Notes under the pieces: generated by a model
What the model was told of the DNA's origin: nothing
Database searches by the model: none
The model's input: only the letters and a program-made list of their open reading frames with translations
Shown here: one piece after another, positions 12,991-27,057 of the stretch
How the letters are laid out: each line of letters starts with the position of its first letter
Numbering within the stretch: position 1 is the first letter of the stretch
Program-made: the position numbers and the translations under genes
Assembly: GCF_009914755.1 (NCBI RefSeq)
Contig: NC_060926.1
Direction: 5' to 3' (one strand)
Length of the DNA: 64,000 nt
Origin: the human T2T-CHM13v2.0 reference genome, Homo sapiens

Positions 12991-14239
12991 CATTTGTAGG
13001 TCAAAAATTCCTATAATCAGCTACAAATTATCACATCACCTCTGCATTCTTATCAGCTTTTGCAGCTGGGAGATAAAGACACACAGTATCTTTGACTCAA
13101 GCAGGCAGTTGCAGTGATGAATCTGTCCTTTCTAAATAGGCTGAAACCACAAGGTGGGCCCTCATGTTATAGCCAGTGATGGGAAGGCACCAGACCAGCG
13201 GGGAAAATGTCCGTGTCATGGAGATGACGTGATGGTGCATGCGAGGCACGGCCCCACTTCTGCCTCTGTGGCTTACCCAGGCCTCCCCCTCTGACCTACT
13301 TCTCTGGCCACCAAAAGGTGAGAGATGTTACACAGAGATGTTATAAAGCCAGACCTGATAGCATCAAGTCTGTTCCCATGAGATAAGTATTCCTAAGCCT
13401 GCCCCTGTCAGTCACTGCTTAGGAGGCCAAGGTGCTGCTTTAGTTAATTGAAACAACAGCCTACTATTAGCTGAGGAATGCCTGTCCCCTGCACATTTCA
13501 GGGCTTCTTGGTCTGGGTTGAAAGGCTGACATTCATGGTAATGAATAGGACACTTTTAGTCACTAGTCTATATCCCACAGGCATTCTGCCCAGGCATAAT
13601 TGAGGAGGACAAGAAGAATGATAATAAGGGGACCCAAGACTTTATTCTTACAAACGAAGAATGCGGCTGATGGTTATAGAGAAAACAATTTGACTTGTGT
13701 TTTTATTAATCCTCTGCCCGTGCATCTGGGATGAGGATGTAGATGCTAAAATTCAAGCCAGACTGGCATCCTTTGGTAACTGCTGGATTCCATCTTCAGG
13801 AAGAACAGAGCACCCGTTTCTTTGTTTATTTTCCAGAGTGAAAAACTAATTCATGTAAATGAATCATTGAAGTAGGCCTTTTAGATGACTTTGCATTTTC
13901 ATGATTCCTATTTTTCTGGAAATCCAAGAGCAAGTTTCTCAAGTTGTTAATAATCTAGAATATTTCACATGTATTTCCTGTTGGTTCCATACTGATTATA
14001 ATACTCAGTGGTTCTTATTTTGTCTTGCTTCCCAGTCTTTGAAACTTGATTTTCTTTCTTACCTGATCAATTTTTACCAGTCTTTCAAGATGCACCCTGA
14101 ATTGTTTTTTAAACCTCCCAGTTTCAAGATTATTTTTGAAATGGGAAAATTAGTTTTCTCATGGGAGTGGGCAAAGTTTCCATTTTTTTGGTGAAATAAG
14201 AAGCATAAATGTGTTTCACACAGACTAAGCACATGAAGA

Positions 14240-15010
14240 ACGATCACCTTATGTAGAGCTTGATAAAATTTTATATACATCTGTGTAATCACCATACAGA
14301 TTAAGACAGAGAATATTTTCAGGACCCATGAAGGTTCTTTTCTGCGCCTTCGTCATCAATACTCCACCTCAGAATAATCACATTTTGACTTCAATCACTG
14401 TCAATTAGATTTTCTTACTCTTGAACTGCATATAGATGTGGTATGCACTTTTTATTTTGGTTTATTTTGCACATACTATGTTTTAAAGATTCATCCAAAT
14501 TATGTGTGTATCAATGTTTTTTTTTTTTAATTTGTATATAAGTAGTCCATTATTTGACTATACCACAATTTATGTATTCATTCTTCTGTTGATGGTCAGT
14601 GGGGTTGTTTTCAGCTTTTGGCAATTATGAATAAGCCTGCTGTAAATAATCTTGTTTATTTCTTTTTGTGGGAAAACGTACTCATTTCTCTTGGGTATGA
14701 AACTATGATTGGGCAGGGTGGTTCGTACAGTAGGTCTATATTTAGGTTTAGTAGATACAACCAACTAGTTCCTTTAACTGTGTTTGTAATAATTTATATT
14801 CTCAATATTTAAGATTTTCAGTTGCAGTACATCCTCACGAAAACTTTATATTATAGTAATTTTGTTGTTTATTTTAGTTAATTTTTTAAAGATAAGTGTT
14901 GGTATCTTTTCATTTGTCCATTAGACACTTGGGCATGCACTTTTGCAAAGTCCCTGATCAAATCACTTGCCCCTTTTAAAAATTAGAGTTATTTGACTTT
15001 TTTCTTATTG
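14240..15010 (-). mobile_element. L1ME-type fragment
   Basis: TATACCACAATTTATGTATTCATTCTTCTGTTGATGG, CTCATTTCTCTTGGGTA. Confidence 0.8.
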
Positions 15011-15125
15011 GACAAATCGCTTGAACATGCACTTTAGAAGAAAGTTATGCAAAGAGCCAATAAACCCACTAAAAGATGCTTTCTTCTTTTACCAACCTCA
15101 CAAACAAAACAAAGATGAGATACAT
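15010..15125 (+). mobile_element. Short L1 fragment (end of ORF2 region) in the opposite orientation
   Basis: CTTGAACATGCACTTT...GCCAATAAACCCACTAAAAGATGCT...GATGAGATAC. Confidence 0.55.
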
Positions 15126-15416
15126 CTTGAATAGGTCTTTGCCAACAGAATGCCCTGGGCCCTGCTCTCTATTCATGGGTTTTATTGGAATCCTTTTTGA
15201 GCTAGAGCTAGAGCTGAAGGTAGATGGGCATGAGTGGGTCTAAACCCAATGCCCAGCTTCTAGAAAGCTTTCTCTTGGCACTCCTCTGCCCTTCCAAAAT
15301 GGCAACTTCTCCCTAAGCCTACTGTGGCTTTTCTGGTATTTGGAATTGGCACAAATTATGATGCAAAATTGCCATTTTCAGCATTCAGGGTTCTTTTTTT
15401 TACCACTCCTACTTAG

Positions 15417-15492
15417 AATTTTCTCATGTAATCAGACAGAGGGAACATTATTATAATTTTCTCATGTAATCAGACAGAGGAAACATTATTTT
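15417..15492. repeat. 38-bp tandem duplication (2 copies)
   Basis: AATTTTCTCATGTAATCAGACAGAGG(G/A)AACATTATT at 15417 and 15455. Confidence 0.95.
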
Positions 15493-15731
15493 AGCAATTG
15501 ACACCAACATTCCTTGCTTGAACAAAATTCTGAGATAAGGGGTTGGGGTAGAGGGTTTGTGTATTGACAACAGATAAAATTTAAGGAGTTTTGCATGAGA
15601 CAAGGGGAAGAATTGTATTGCTCTGGAGGGTGGGAAAGAGGCAGTAGAGAGGTGAGGACTACTGAGCCTCCTAGGGTCTTGCCAAAGTATTTTAAGATGA
15701 TGATATCTACTCCTGCATTTTAAAATGCTAA

Positions 15732-16110
15732 TGTGGTAGATTGTATTACTGTTCATCTATATTTGGTGCCACCGTCTGTGGGAGGATTATACATCTCCAC
15801 ACTCTTAGTACTCAGTTTCAGCCATGTGACTTGCTTTGGTCAATCAGTCATGAGTGAAATTGATGTGCGTGGTTTTCCAAGCAAAAGCTTTAAGCGTTTG
15901 TGAGTGAGTGATTCCCTCTTCTGTGATGACTGGCCCTCTTCCAGGTAACAAATGCTCTGCTGGCTTTGGTCCATGAAGAAGAAAATGGGAACAGAGCCAG
16001 GGCCGACTGTGATGTGCATGTAGGGTGAATGAACGTACAACTTTATTATTGGAAATCAGTAAGATTTGGGGGTCATTTGTTAGCTTAGTGTTACCTGGTT
16101 GATTCAGTAT
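15732..16110 (+). mobile_element. Old MLT1 (I/J/K-like) MaLR LTR
   Basis: TGTGGTAGATTG start, GCCATGTGACTTGCTTTGG, AAAAGCTTTAAG, GATTTGGGGGTCATTTGTTA. Confidence 0.75.
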
Positions 16111-17189
16111 AGTTCTGCTATGCAAACCCTCCTTTGTTCTCTGTGCCTCCAACCAGGTCATCTCGAGCAAATTCTGCTGTATTCACTGGTCCTTTGAAAG
16201 AATAATTTTTGTTGGTGAATCAAGGAAGATGAGGCATTTTGGATCTGAGTTGAAGCACTGCTAAGATATCACCTGCTGAGCCAGGAGAAAAAGGATGCTC
16301 TTGAGAATATGAGTACCCTTACGATGCACTGAAATAGAATGGGAGGTTGAATCAATTTTAACCAGATATTCAAAAAGCAAGGGACTCCTGCCTAACAACT
16401 GGGCAGGAGTTGTCTTTGATGGGACTAACCTCTGAGATAACATGCGCCAGCACTACTCTATATAACTTGCATGTCCAGTTGTTTTTTATTTTCTAGATTT
16501 GGTGTGGAGATTGAAGATGGTCATAGCCTTGATTGAGGAAAGAGATCAATACTCAGATTACCACATGATAGGTTAATATGACAGATGGCTATACATGGTG
16601 AGGATGGGCCTGGGGTCCCTGGGCCAGTGGATGATATTGGGGATTTATGAAAGGGCACCGTTATTTAGAGAAATGGGAGTCTACTACTTGCTTAACCCTG
16701 GCTATTTTTTTTTTTTTCTTAAAAATCTGTTCTTTTTAGGAGAAAATTCCAGATTGTAACTTTTAGCTGCCTGTCAGGCTTGTTGTTTGGTGTGCTTTGA
16801 GTTTTCACCTTTTTTTCTGTATTTGCAAGCTTTTTTTTTTTTTTTTGTGGGGTGGGGTGGCATTGGGTAATTGAGAGAAGGTACATTAGAAGCTGCTATC
16901 TAGGTGTCATGTAAGCTATGTTTCTGCAAAGAAAAATTTTGTACTAGAAAATTGTGCAAGAAGTGAGAGCTGATTTTTTCATGACCTTTTCAAGCCCATG
17001 TCTCTAAATCTTGATGGGTGACCAGGCTCCTTCATGGAGGACTGGACCTTTATAGCAAGTGGCTCTTATTCCTTTGCTCAGTGGAATACAGCAGTGTTTT
17101 GGGGTGGCAACCTTTGGCTGGGGATTCTATTGGCCCAGTGGCAGGAATGGTGATTTTTTTCTTCCTCTGCATAATCTGCCTTTTTATTT

Positions 17190-17410
17190 ATTTAAGGTGC
17201 AGGGCTTAATGCCCTTCTGAGTGAGCACGGTGGTGACTAGAGAGTTGCTGTCTCAGCTGCAGCTGATGGTTGCCGAGAGGAAATGTGGGCTCTGGATTAT
17301 TATGCCTTTTCATAATTTTCAAGAGGGAGAAAACCCTCTAAAGTTTAATATATTGGCAAATAATTAAATATTTTTAAAGTGGTCTGGGACAAACACACCC
17401 AGGCTGCTGC
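17190..17410 (+). mobile_element. MER102-like hAT-Charlie fragment
   Basis: CTCAGCTGCAGCTGATGGTTGCC...TTTTCAAGAG...TTGGCAAATAATT. Confidence 0.5.
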
Positions 17411-17759
17411 TGATGCCTGCCCTCAAGGACACCAGAGTGTAGTTTCTCCTTTAGACTGTGGCATCTTTTCCTGGTGGCTCCTTCCTTGGTGAGCCCCCAT
17501 TCCCACACAGGGACTTGGGATGGGCCAGAGATCAGTGGAATCTCATTCAGGCTGAAATTGGCTTTGTGGATTCCAGGACATGGATAACTCTCTGTGCCCA
17601 GGGTCTGCTACTCCTCTTTCCTAGAGTCCATCCATCTTTACAGCATCCGGGTCTCAGAGAACTGACCACATTGGTGGTAGCAGCAGAGTGCCTGGAAAGA
17701 AGGTCACCCACAGAAGATGGTGTGGGTGTCTCTGTATCTCTGATGACTCCTCATTTATG

Positions 17760-18762
17760 TTTCTCTCCCTGGCCATTCCTCTGAGCTTCAGACTCAGATC
17801 TCCAACTGTGGATCTGAATCTCCTCTTCCAAGTTTAGTAGCCATCAGACTTAACTTATCCCAAATGGAACTCCACTTCTGCTGCCCCCACCAATCTTTGT
17901 AATCCATTTGAGTTGCTGTTTTCCCATTCTTCCTAAGCAAATCTACGTATCTTCTTGAGAAAAAAGCATGTGTTTTCCTTGAGTCTTTTTTTTTGCATCT
18001 TCATCCATCAGAAGGATAAAAAATATTCAAAAATATATCCTGAGACCAATATATATACAAATATATATTATATAACTTCCATTACACTATAAACTACCAT
18101 TATCTCTTGCCTAGATTACTGAACTTATCTTCAAACCCATATCCCTGCTTCCCAAAAAGTCCATTCTCCATAAGATAACCAAAGAGTTCATTTAGCAATT
18201 TAGATTAGGTCACTTAAAAACAATACAAAACAAAACAAAAAACAAAAAAACACCTCTCTTGGCATTGCATTGCTCCCAGGACAAAGCCAAAGTCCTCTAC
18301 CACGCCTGCAAAGGCTTTCTGCTATCTGGCCTCAACCGGTATCGCCACTCTCCATCTAGCTCCACTCTCCCCTGACTTCCCTACCCGCGGCCACACTGGC
18401 CTTCCCCAGTGTGCAAAGTGCACTCCTACCCACGGCCTTTGCTCCCTCTTGTCTGGAGGGCTCCTCGGGCTCTCTTCCTAGCTGCTTCCGCACCTGTCTA
18501 GGTCTCAGCTCCAACCTGCCTCCTCAGAAAGGTCTCCCGTGGCCAGCACCTCCCCAGTCACACGCCGTATCACTCTCCTCTATTTCTTCAGAGGACTTGT
18601 CAATATTTAAATTATATTGGTTACATTTTGCGTAATTACTGCCAGTTTCCCCCAAATGAGAAATACAGGTTTTTTGGAGGGCAGGAACATTATCTTGCCT
18701 GTTGATCACTAAGCCCAGCTCTGCGAATAATGCTGGCACTCAATAGGTGTGTAATAAACCCT
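17760..18762 (+). mobile_element. L2 (L2a-like) 3' region
   Basis: CTCTGAGCTTCAGACTC, ACCATTATCTCTTGCCTAGATTACTG, CCTCCTCAGAAAGG, GAGGGCAGGAAC...CTGGCAC. Confidence 0.8.
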
Positions 18763-19154
18763 TGTTAAAAGAAAAAAATTAGCCGAATTAAATTATAAAA
18801 AGTTTAATTGTGCAAAGAATTGTGAATCTGGCAGCCTCTGAGCCAGAGTAGGCTCAGAGACTCCAGCACAGCCACGTGGTGGAAGAGGATTTATGGACAG
18901 AGAAAGGAAAATGATTTATAGAAATTGGAAGTGAGGTACAGAAACAGCCCGATTGGTTACTGTTTGGCATCAGTCTTATTTGAACACAGTTTGAACAACT
19001 TGCCACCTTTGGCCAAAACTCGGTGACTGGCACAAGCGTAGGCTACAGTCTATTTACAACTCTATGTACGTTATAGCTCATGATGTACAGAGAAATCTTT
19101 AGGCCGAACTGAAAATATGTAAGGAAGCAGCTTTAGGCTAAACTTGATTTAACA
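18763..19154 (-). mobile_element. MER57-family ERV1 solo LTR
   Basis: TG...CA termini; reverse complement starts TGTTAAATCAAGTTTAGCCTAAAGCTGCTTCCTTACATATTTT; homologous to 25983-26400. Confidence 0.9.
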
Positions 19155-19280
19155 TACTTTTAAAAGAATAAAGAAACTGTGAAAGCATATTTTTTTTTCC
19201 AGTGACATAAAATGATACTATTATCTTGTGCACTGGGGCTCCCAGTAGCATTTGTCAGCAGCTTTGGCAGTGACAGGAAT

Positions 19281-19735
19281 TGTGGCAAGACAGAATAAAG
19301 GCTCCTCAAAGATGGCCATAACCTGATCCCAGAACTGACACAGATGTCACCTTACATGCGAAAGGGACTTCACAGCAGTGATTAAGCTAATGATCTTGAG
19401 ATGGCGAGTTTACCCTGGATCATCTGGTGGGCCCGAGGTAATCCCAAGGGTCCTTATAAGAGAGAAGTGACAGGGCCGGATTCAGGGAAGGAGTGTGCTG
19501 ATGAAGGCAAAGTTTTGAGTGATTTGCTTCTAGAAGAGGGAAAAGGCTAGGAATGAGTTCTCAGCTGGAGCCTCCAAAAGGAAAGCAGTTCTGCTGACAC
19601 CTTGGTGTTAGCTCCATAAGACTCATTCCAAATATCTGCACACAACCTACACAACCGTAATTTAACAAATTTGTGTTGTTTTAAGCCACAGAGGTTGTAG
19701 TAATATGTTTCAGCAGCCGTAGGAACCGGGTACGA
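19281..19735 (+). mobile_element. MLT1 (C/D-like) MaLR solo LTR
   Basis: ACCCTGGATCATCTGGTGGGCCC, GGTCCTTATAAGAG, CTGCTGACACCTTG, TGTGTTGTTTTAAGCCAC. Confidence 0.85.
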
Positions 19736-19895
19736 TAATGATTTCATTTTTCATGATCATCAGCAATGTCTGAGATTTCCAGAGAATCCGATGCCTAGTC
19801 CATCTGGGGATCGGAATAGGAGGGAAATAAATGATGATTTTATAGGAGCATTCCATACTAGCAGAGGCCACTTCTATTTCAATACAATACCATTT

Positions 19896-20213
<318 letters not shown>

Positions 20214-20729
20214 TTATTGAATAAACATATGTGGTATCTCCTGTAGGCTCCCTGAAATAGTTAAACTTTGAAGAGGGCCTGGAATTCCCAAAAGGGCAGG
20301 TGGGAATTGAGGCAGGCAAATACAGCAGGTCCTCAGCAGTTACAGGGGGCCAGGCCTGAGAACTTCTGTAAATCTCAAAATTCACCAATTAAAAAAAAAG
20401 GTAGAATAGATTGAAGACGTCATCCCAAAATCACATTTCAATCAACAGGCAGGTATTTCCTGTGCATACCTTTCTAAGAAAAATCTTTTAAATTTTATTC
20501 ATGCATTTTTTTTTTTTCATGTGAGAGCTGTTTTTTACTCAGAAGCATTTTATCTTTCACAAAATCTGTCGTGTACCCAGTAACGGTGGCAAATCACAGA
20601 GCCATGCAGACACGTGCTAGGCTCACTCACTACTCAAGCACCTTGGTGGATGCAGCGTCTGGGTGATGTTTTGCAAAGTGCAAATGAATACCCATTATGG
20701 GTGTTTGGACTTTTTGGGGTGTTACATTA

Positions 20730-21327
<598 letters not shown>

Positions 21328-21494
21328 CTTTCCGTTTTTTTCTCCTACTGATTGTTTTTCTGAGTTTAACTGCTCATTATTCCCTTCCTTTATAGAATCA
21401 GAATTTTAGAACCCTTTCAGCTTTTAACCAGTGGCTTTACTTCTGCCTTTCCTATCGAAAAGAAGTTCACTAAAGATTTAAGAATGGCTTTTTG

Positions 21495-21825
21495 GGCCGG
21501 GAGCAGTGGCTCACGCCTGTAATCCCAGCACTTTGGGAGGCTGAGGCTGGTGGATCACCTGAGGTTGGGAGTTCACCTGCCCAACAAGGTGAAACCCCGT
21601 CTCTACTAAAAATACAAAAATTAGCTGGGCGTGGTGGTGCACATCTGTAATCTCAGCTACTCAAGAAGCTGAGGCAGAATTGCTTGAACCCGGGAGGTGG
21701 AGGTTGCAGTGAGCCGAGATCGTGCCACTGCACTCCAGCCTGGGCAACAGAGCGCGACTCTGTCTCAAAAATAAGTAAGTAAATAAAGAAATAAATAAAT
21801 AAAAATGAATAAGTAAATCAATAAA
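21495..21825 (+). mobile_element. AluS
   Basis: Full dimer; TSD AAGAATGGCTTTTTG at 21480-21494 and 21826-21840. Confidence 0.96.
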
Positions 21826-22734
21826 AAGAATGGCTTTTTGGTTTCTGTTATTGTTTTGCAACTTTTGTCTCATATCCTCTAGAGGAAATTCTCTTCTCTG
21901 GCTCTTGAATCAGCTCTGACAGCTCCGAGTGCCAGGACCCTGGGTAATTAGTGGCACTCAGAAGGAAAGTGGCATTTACATCTGATTACCTTTGGAAACT
22001 TGCATCTGGGGTTTCCTGCAGAGAAAGCTAGGTTGGGTTTCAAAGTCAGCCACTGCCTCATCTTCCAGGATCACTGATTAGGAACAGGCTGTTCCCCAAG
22101 GCCATTTCCATTTCTATGGCAGGCTTTGAATAGAACTAATACATTTTAGAAATGCAAATGGGTTTAATTCGAGCAAAGTGAATGACAGGCTAAGCTAGAA
22201 TCTTACTTTTTACCAGTTGCTTCCTGCAGCAATCTTTCAGGCAGATGTTTTTGGCAAGAGGATAATGCCAAGTTCACATAATGATGATAAGGGGTCACAA
22301 TGCTTGCTTTGCAGCTTCGGAAGTCCCATTTAACAACTGCTCCCAGTACAGCATGAGAAGTGACCCAGAGCACAGCGATCGCACGCGCAGCGTGCTCTAC
22401 AGAAGGTGCATCCACAGATGGCGGGCCAGCCGGCTCCCAATATAGTTTTTAACATAAATGATGAAAATAAAAACCCTGAAGAAACGCCAACATCAGTACT
22501 AGCTCTTTTTGCATTACAAAGTGCTTCACATACATCATTTTATTTTATTAGACTCCTTGTTCTTTTAAAAGGTAAAAATAAGGCACGAAGTAAGGACACA
22601 GACTGTGTGCACTGGGGACAAGCATCCTGGCTCTGCCCAGTGTCAGGGCCCAATCCCCTCACAGTGCAGGATGCCATCAGTGAGACAGAAATGTCAGGGG
22701 GAGTGAGAGAGAGGCTCTTTTGTGCCGGCCAAAA

Positions 22735-23361
22735 TGTCAGAGGCCTTTGAACCAGAGTGACTCCATCTTGAATAGGGGCTGGGTAAAATAAGGCTGAGAC
22801 CTGCTGGGCTGCATTGCCAGGGGGTTTGGCATTCTAAGTCACAGGATGAGATAGGAGATTGGCACAAGAGACAGGTCATAAAGACCTTGCTGACAAAATA
22901 GCATGTGGTAAAGAAGCCGGCCAAATCCCACCAAAACCAAGATGGTGAGGAAAGTGACCTCTTGTCGTCCTCACTGTTCATTATATGCTAATCATAATGC
23001 ATTAGCATGCTAACAGACACTCCCACCAGCACCATCACAGTTTACAAATGCCTTGGCAACATCAGGAAGTTACCCAATGTGGTCTAAAAGGGGGAGGAAC
23101 CCTCAGTTCTGGGAGTTGTCCACCCCTTTCCGGGAAAACTCATGAATAGTCCATCCCCTGTCCAGCATATAATCAAGAAATAACTACAGGTATTTTTAGT
23201 TCAGCAGCCCAAGCTGCTGCTCTGCCTATGGAGTAGCCATTCTTTATTCTTTACTTTCTTAAGAAACTTGCTTTCACTTTATGGAATCCCCCGAAGTTCT
23301 TTCTTGTGCGAGATCCAAGACCGTCTCTTGGGGTCTGAATCAGGACCCCTTTCCGGTTACA
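22735..23361 (+). mobile_element. MER41B ERV1 solo LTR, full length
   Basis: TGTCAGAGGC...GACTCCATCTTGAATAGGGGCTGGGTAAAATAAGG...GGACCCCTTTCCGGTTACA; retains the tandem-GAS segment that distinguishes MER41B from MER41A. Confidence 0.92.
23128..23136. promoter_or_regulatory. Intact GAS (STAT1-type) motif TTCCGGGAA within MER41B
   Basis: Exact TTCNNNGAA match; the partner site at 23107-23115 is degenerate (TTCTGGGAG). Function not shown. Confidence 0.55.
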
Positions 23362-23838
23362 AACACACTCCAGCCAGGTGAGCATTTATCACTCCTGTAT
23401 ACAGGACCTTCCAAGGCACTGCATTTCCTAGAAAAACCTGGACCCACCAAGGCACCTGATAAAAGTTCAGATAATATGTAGGCTTCAGATATCAAAGTAT
23501 ATTTTTTGAGACCCTTGACTCTAAAGCTTGGTAGGTTATTATGCCATGATTCTAAGTTCCATTATCACCCTATAATTCTTATAAATAGCACTAATTGATA
23601 TTATTAATGTAATATGAAAAGAATCAGCAATTAATATATATTGTCAGTATCCATGATATTAATGCTAGCTTTAATCCATAAGACACATAATAGTTTATGA
23701 AGCATTTTTATATCCATTGTCTAATTTGAGTTGCACAACCATGCCGTGAAGCAGGGATTAGAAATTTCACTTTTCAGGTGAGGGTGCAAACTATGTTGGC
23801 TTGTCTGTGGACATTGAGAAAGTAAGTTGTGGAGGTAA

Positions 23839-24292
<454 letters not shown>

Positions 24293-24825
24293 TGAAGGAA
24301 TGCTGACAAAAAAGGGATAATAATTTTGAAAATACTTTTCCCTTAGGAGGAATTCTGTGAGGGAACACCTCCTATTGTTCTACAAATGAAGAAACCTAGT
24401 CTCAGGAATCAGTGACAAAGCCATGATCATAAAGTTAATATGTAACATGTAGCTTGGCTCTCGGAATCTTAGAAATTGTGTTCTATTAAACCATGTTTGT
24501 CTCAAAATAAAGCCCGTTACCTTTGATTAGATTAGAAGGATGAGCAAAGGTTTTGATAAATTTAAAAAACAATAAACTGAAACTAAAAATACAATAGTCT
24601 AATCTGAATATGGTGTTACTCGGAAACACTCCCTCAAATTCTTCCAACCTAGCCATTTCTCTGTTATATACGCTCCCAGATACACAAGCATCTTTGATTC
24701 CAGGGTTTAATCTTTACACACATTCTTATATTGGATTTTAAAATCCATTTGTTTTAATCTACAATATCATAAGATGAATGTATTAAAAATACATTGATTT
24801 TTCTAACGGTCTATATTTGTATCTA

Positions 24826-25272
<447 letters not shown>

Positions 25273-25661
25273 CTATAATAAGTATATACCATAAAGAACA
25301 AAAAGTAGCACATGAAAGTTATTTTTTCGCAGACAGAAATCTCTTTAAAATTCATCTTATTGTTAAAGTATATCAGTTAACCTTTAACACATCAAACAAT
25401 ACAGAAATATATAGAAAACAAAATAAAAACTCTACCATCTACTTTTTTGAGAGAACTGTTGGTAACTGGCAAATATACTTTTAGCTTTTAAACTTTTTAA
25501 TGTGGTTAATAAGTACATATATGTGAATACTATATTATTTTCAATAAAAGTGGAGCTATATATACTAGTCTGTGACCTTTCACATTTAACAATATGTGAG
25601 AAAAATCTTCTCATCTTTATTTATATATCTTTCTATATATCCATATACTTATATATACTTC

Positions 25662-25957
25662 TTTTTTTTTTTTTGGAGACGGAGTCTTGCTTTGTTGCCC
25701 AGGCTGGAGTTCAGTGGTGTGATCTTGGCTCGCTGTAACCTCTGTCTCCCGGGTTCAAGCAATTCTCATGCCTCAGCCTCCTGAGTAGCTGGGACTACAG
25801 GTGCACATCACCACGCTCAGCTAATTTTTTGTAATTTAGCAGAGATGGGATTTCACTGTGTTGCCCAGGTTGGTCTCCAACTCCTGAGCTCAGGCAATTG
25901 GCTCACCTTGTCTTCCCAAAGTGTTAAGATTACAGGCGTGAGCCACCGCACCTGGCT
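25662..25957 (-). mobile_element. AluS
   Basis: Full dimer; TSD TATATATA(C/A)TTCT at 25650-25662 and 25960-25972. Confidence 0.94.
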
Positions 25958-25982
25958 AATATATATAATTCTAGATTTATGA

Positions 25983-26400
25983 TGTTAAACTAAGTTTAGC
26001 CTAAAGCTGCCTCCTTACATATTTTAAGTAATGGCTAAAGGTTTCTCCATACATAGTCGAACCTATGTATGTTCCACTGTAACCTAACTAGGCATGTAAA
26101 CAGTCTGTAACCTACTGTTGTACCAATCACTGTGTTTTGGCTGCTCAAAGGTGGCTAACAGTTCAAACAGTGCTCAAATAAGCCAGATACCAAGCTGTAA
26201 CCAATCCAGCTGTGGCTATACCTCACTTCTGTTTTCTGTATGTCTCTTGCCTTTTCCTGCCCATAAATTTTCTTCAACCCCACTGCAGCACCTGAGTCTC
26301 GCTGAACCTATTCTGGTTCAGTGGGCTGTGTGATTCATGAATCATACTCCACTCACTTAAACTCTGTTACATTTAATTTGGCTGAAGTTTTTCTTTAACA
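25983..26400 (+). mobile_element. MER57-family ERV1 solo LTR
   Basis: TGTTAAACTAAGTTTAGCCTAAAGCTGCCTCCTTACATATTTTAAG...TTTCTTTAACA. Confidence 0.9.
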
Positions 26401-26601
26401 ATATCTATAACTCTTTATCCATATATGTGTATGTTTCAATATATCTTATCTTTTTACTGTATAATATATTCCTTAAATGTGCTATAACTTATTTATATCA
26501 CATGATAGCCAATTTGGATGTTTCTAGTTTTTCACTATTGAAGATCATGATACAATGAATGTGCCTTATATATTCATTTGAATAATTTTTCAGTTACTTT
26601 C

Positions 26602-27057
26602 TGCATTAGTCAGTGTTGGCCAGAGAAACAGAAACAATAGGATAGATAGATAGAAAGAGGTTTATTGTGAGACACTGGCTTATGCAACTTTGGAGGCTGA
26701 GAAGTCCCGTGATCTGCCATCCACAAGCTGGAAAACTAGGGAAGCTTGTAGTGTAGTTCAGTTCAAGTCCAAATGCCAGAGAGTGAGAAGTGCTGATATC
26801 TGAAGGCAGGAGAAGGTGGATGTCCTGGCTCAAAGCAAATCTGCCTTTCCTCCTCCTTTTCATTCTATGCAGGTTCTCAACAGATTAGAGGGTGTCCACT
26901 CACATGGGTGAAGGTGGATCTTTTTTACTCTGTTTATTGATTCAAATGCTAATCTCTTCTGGAAACACCCTCACAGATACACCCAGAAATAATGTTTTAC
27001 CAGCTCTCTGGGCATCCCTTAGCCCAGTCAAGTTGAGTCATAAAGCTAACCATTACA
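26602..27057 (-). mobile_element. MLT2 (MLT2D-like) ERVL solo LTR
   Basis: CCAGAGAAACAGAA...GGAGGCTGAGAAGTCCC...AAACACCCTCACAGATACACCCAGAAATAATGTTTTACCAGC...CAGTCAAGTTGA. Confidence 0.88.
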
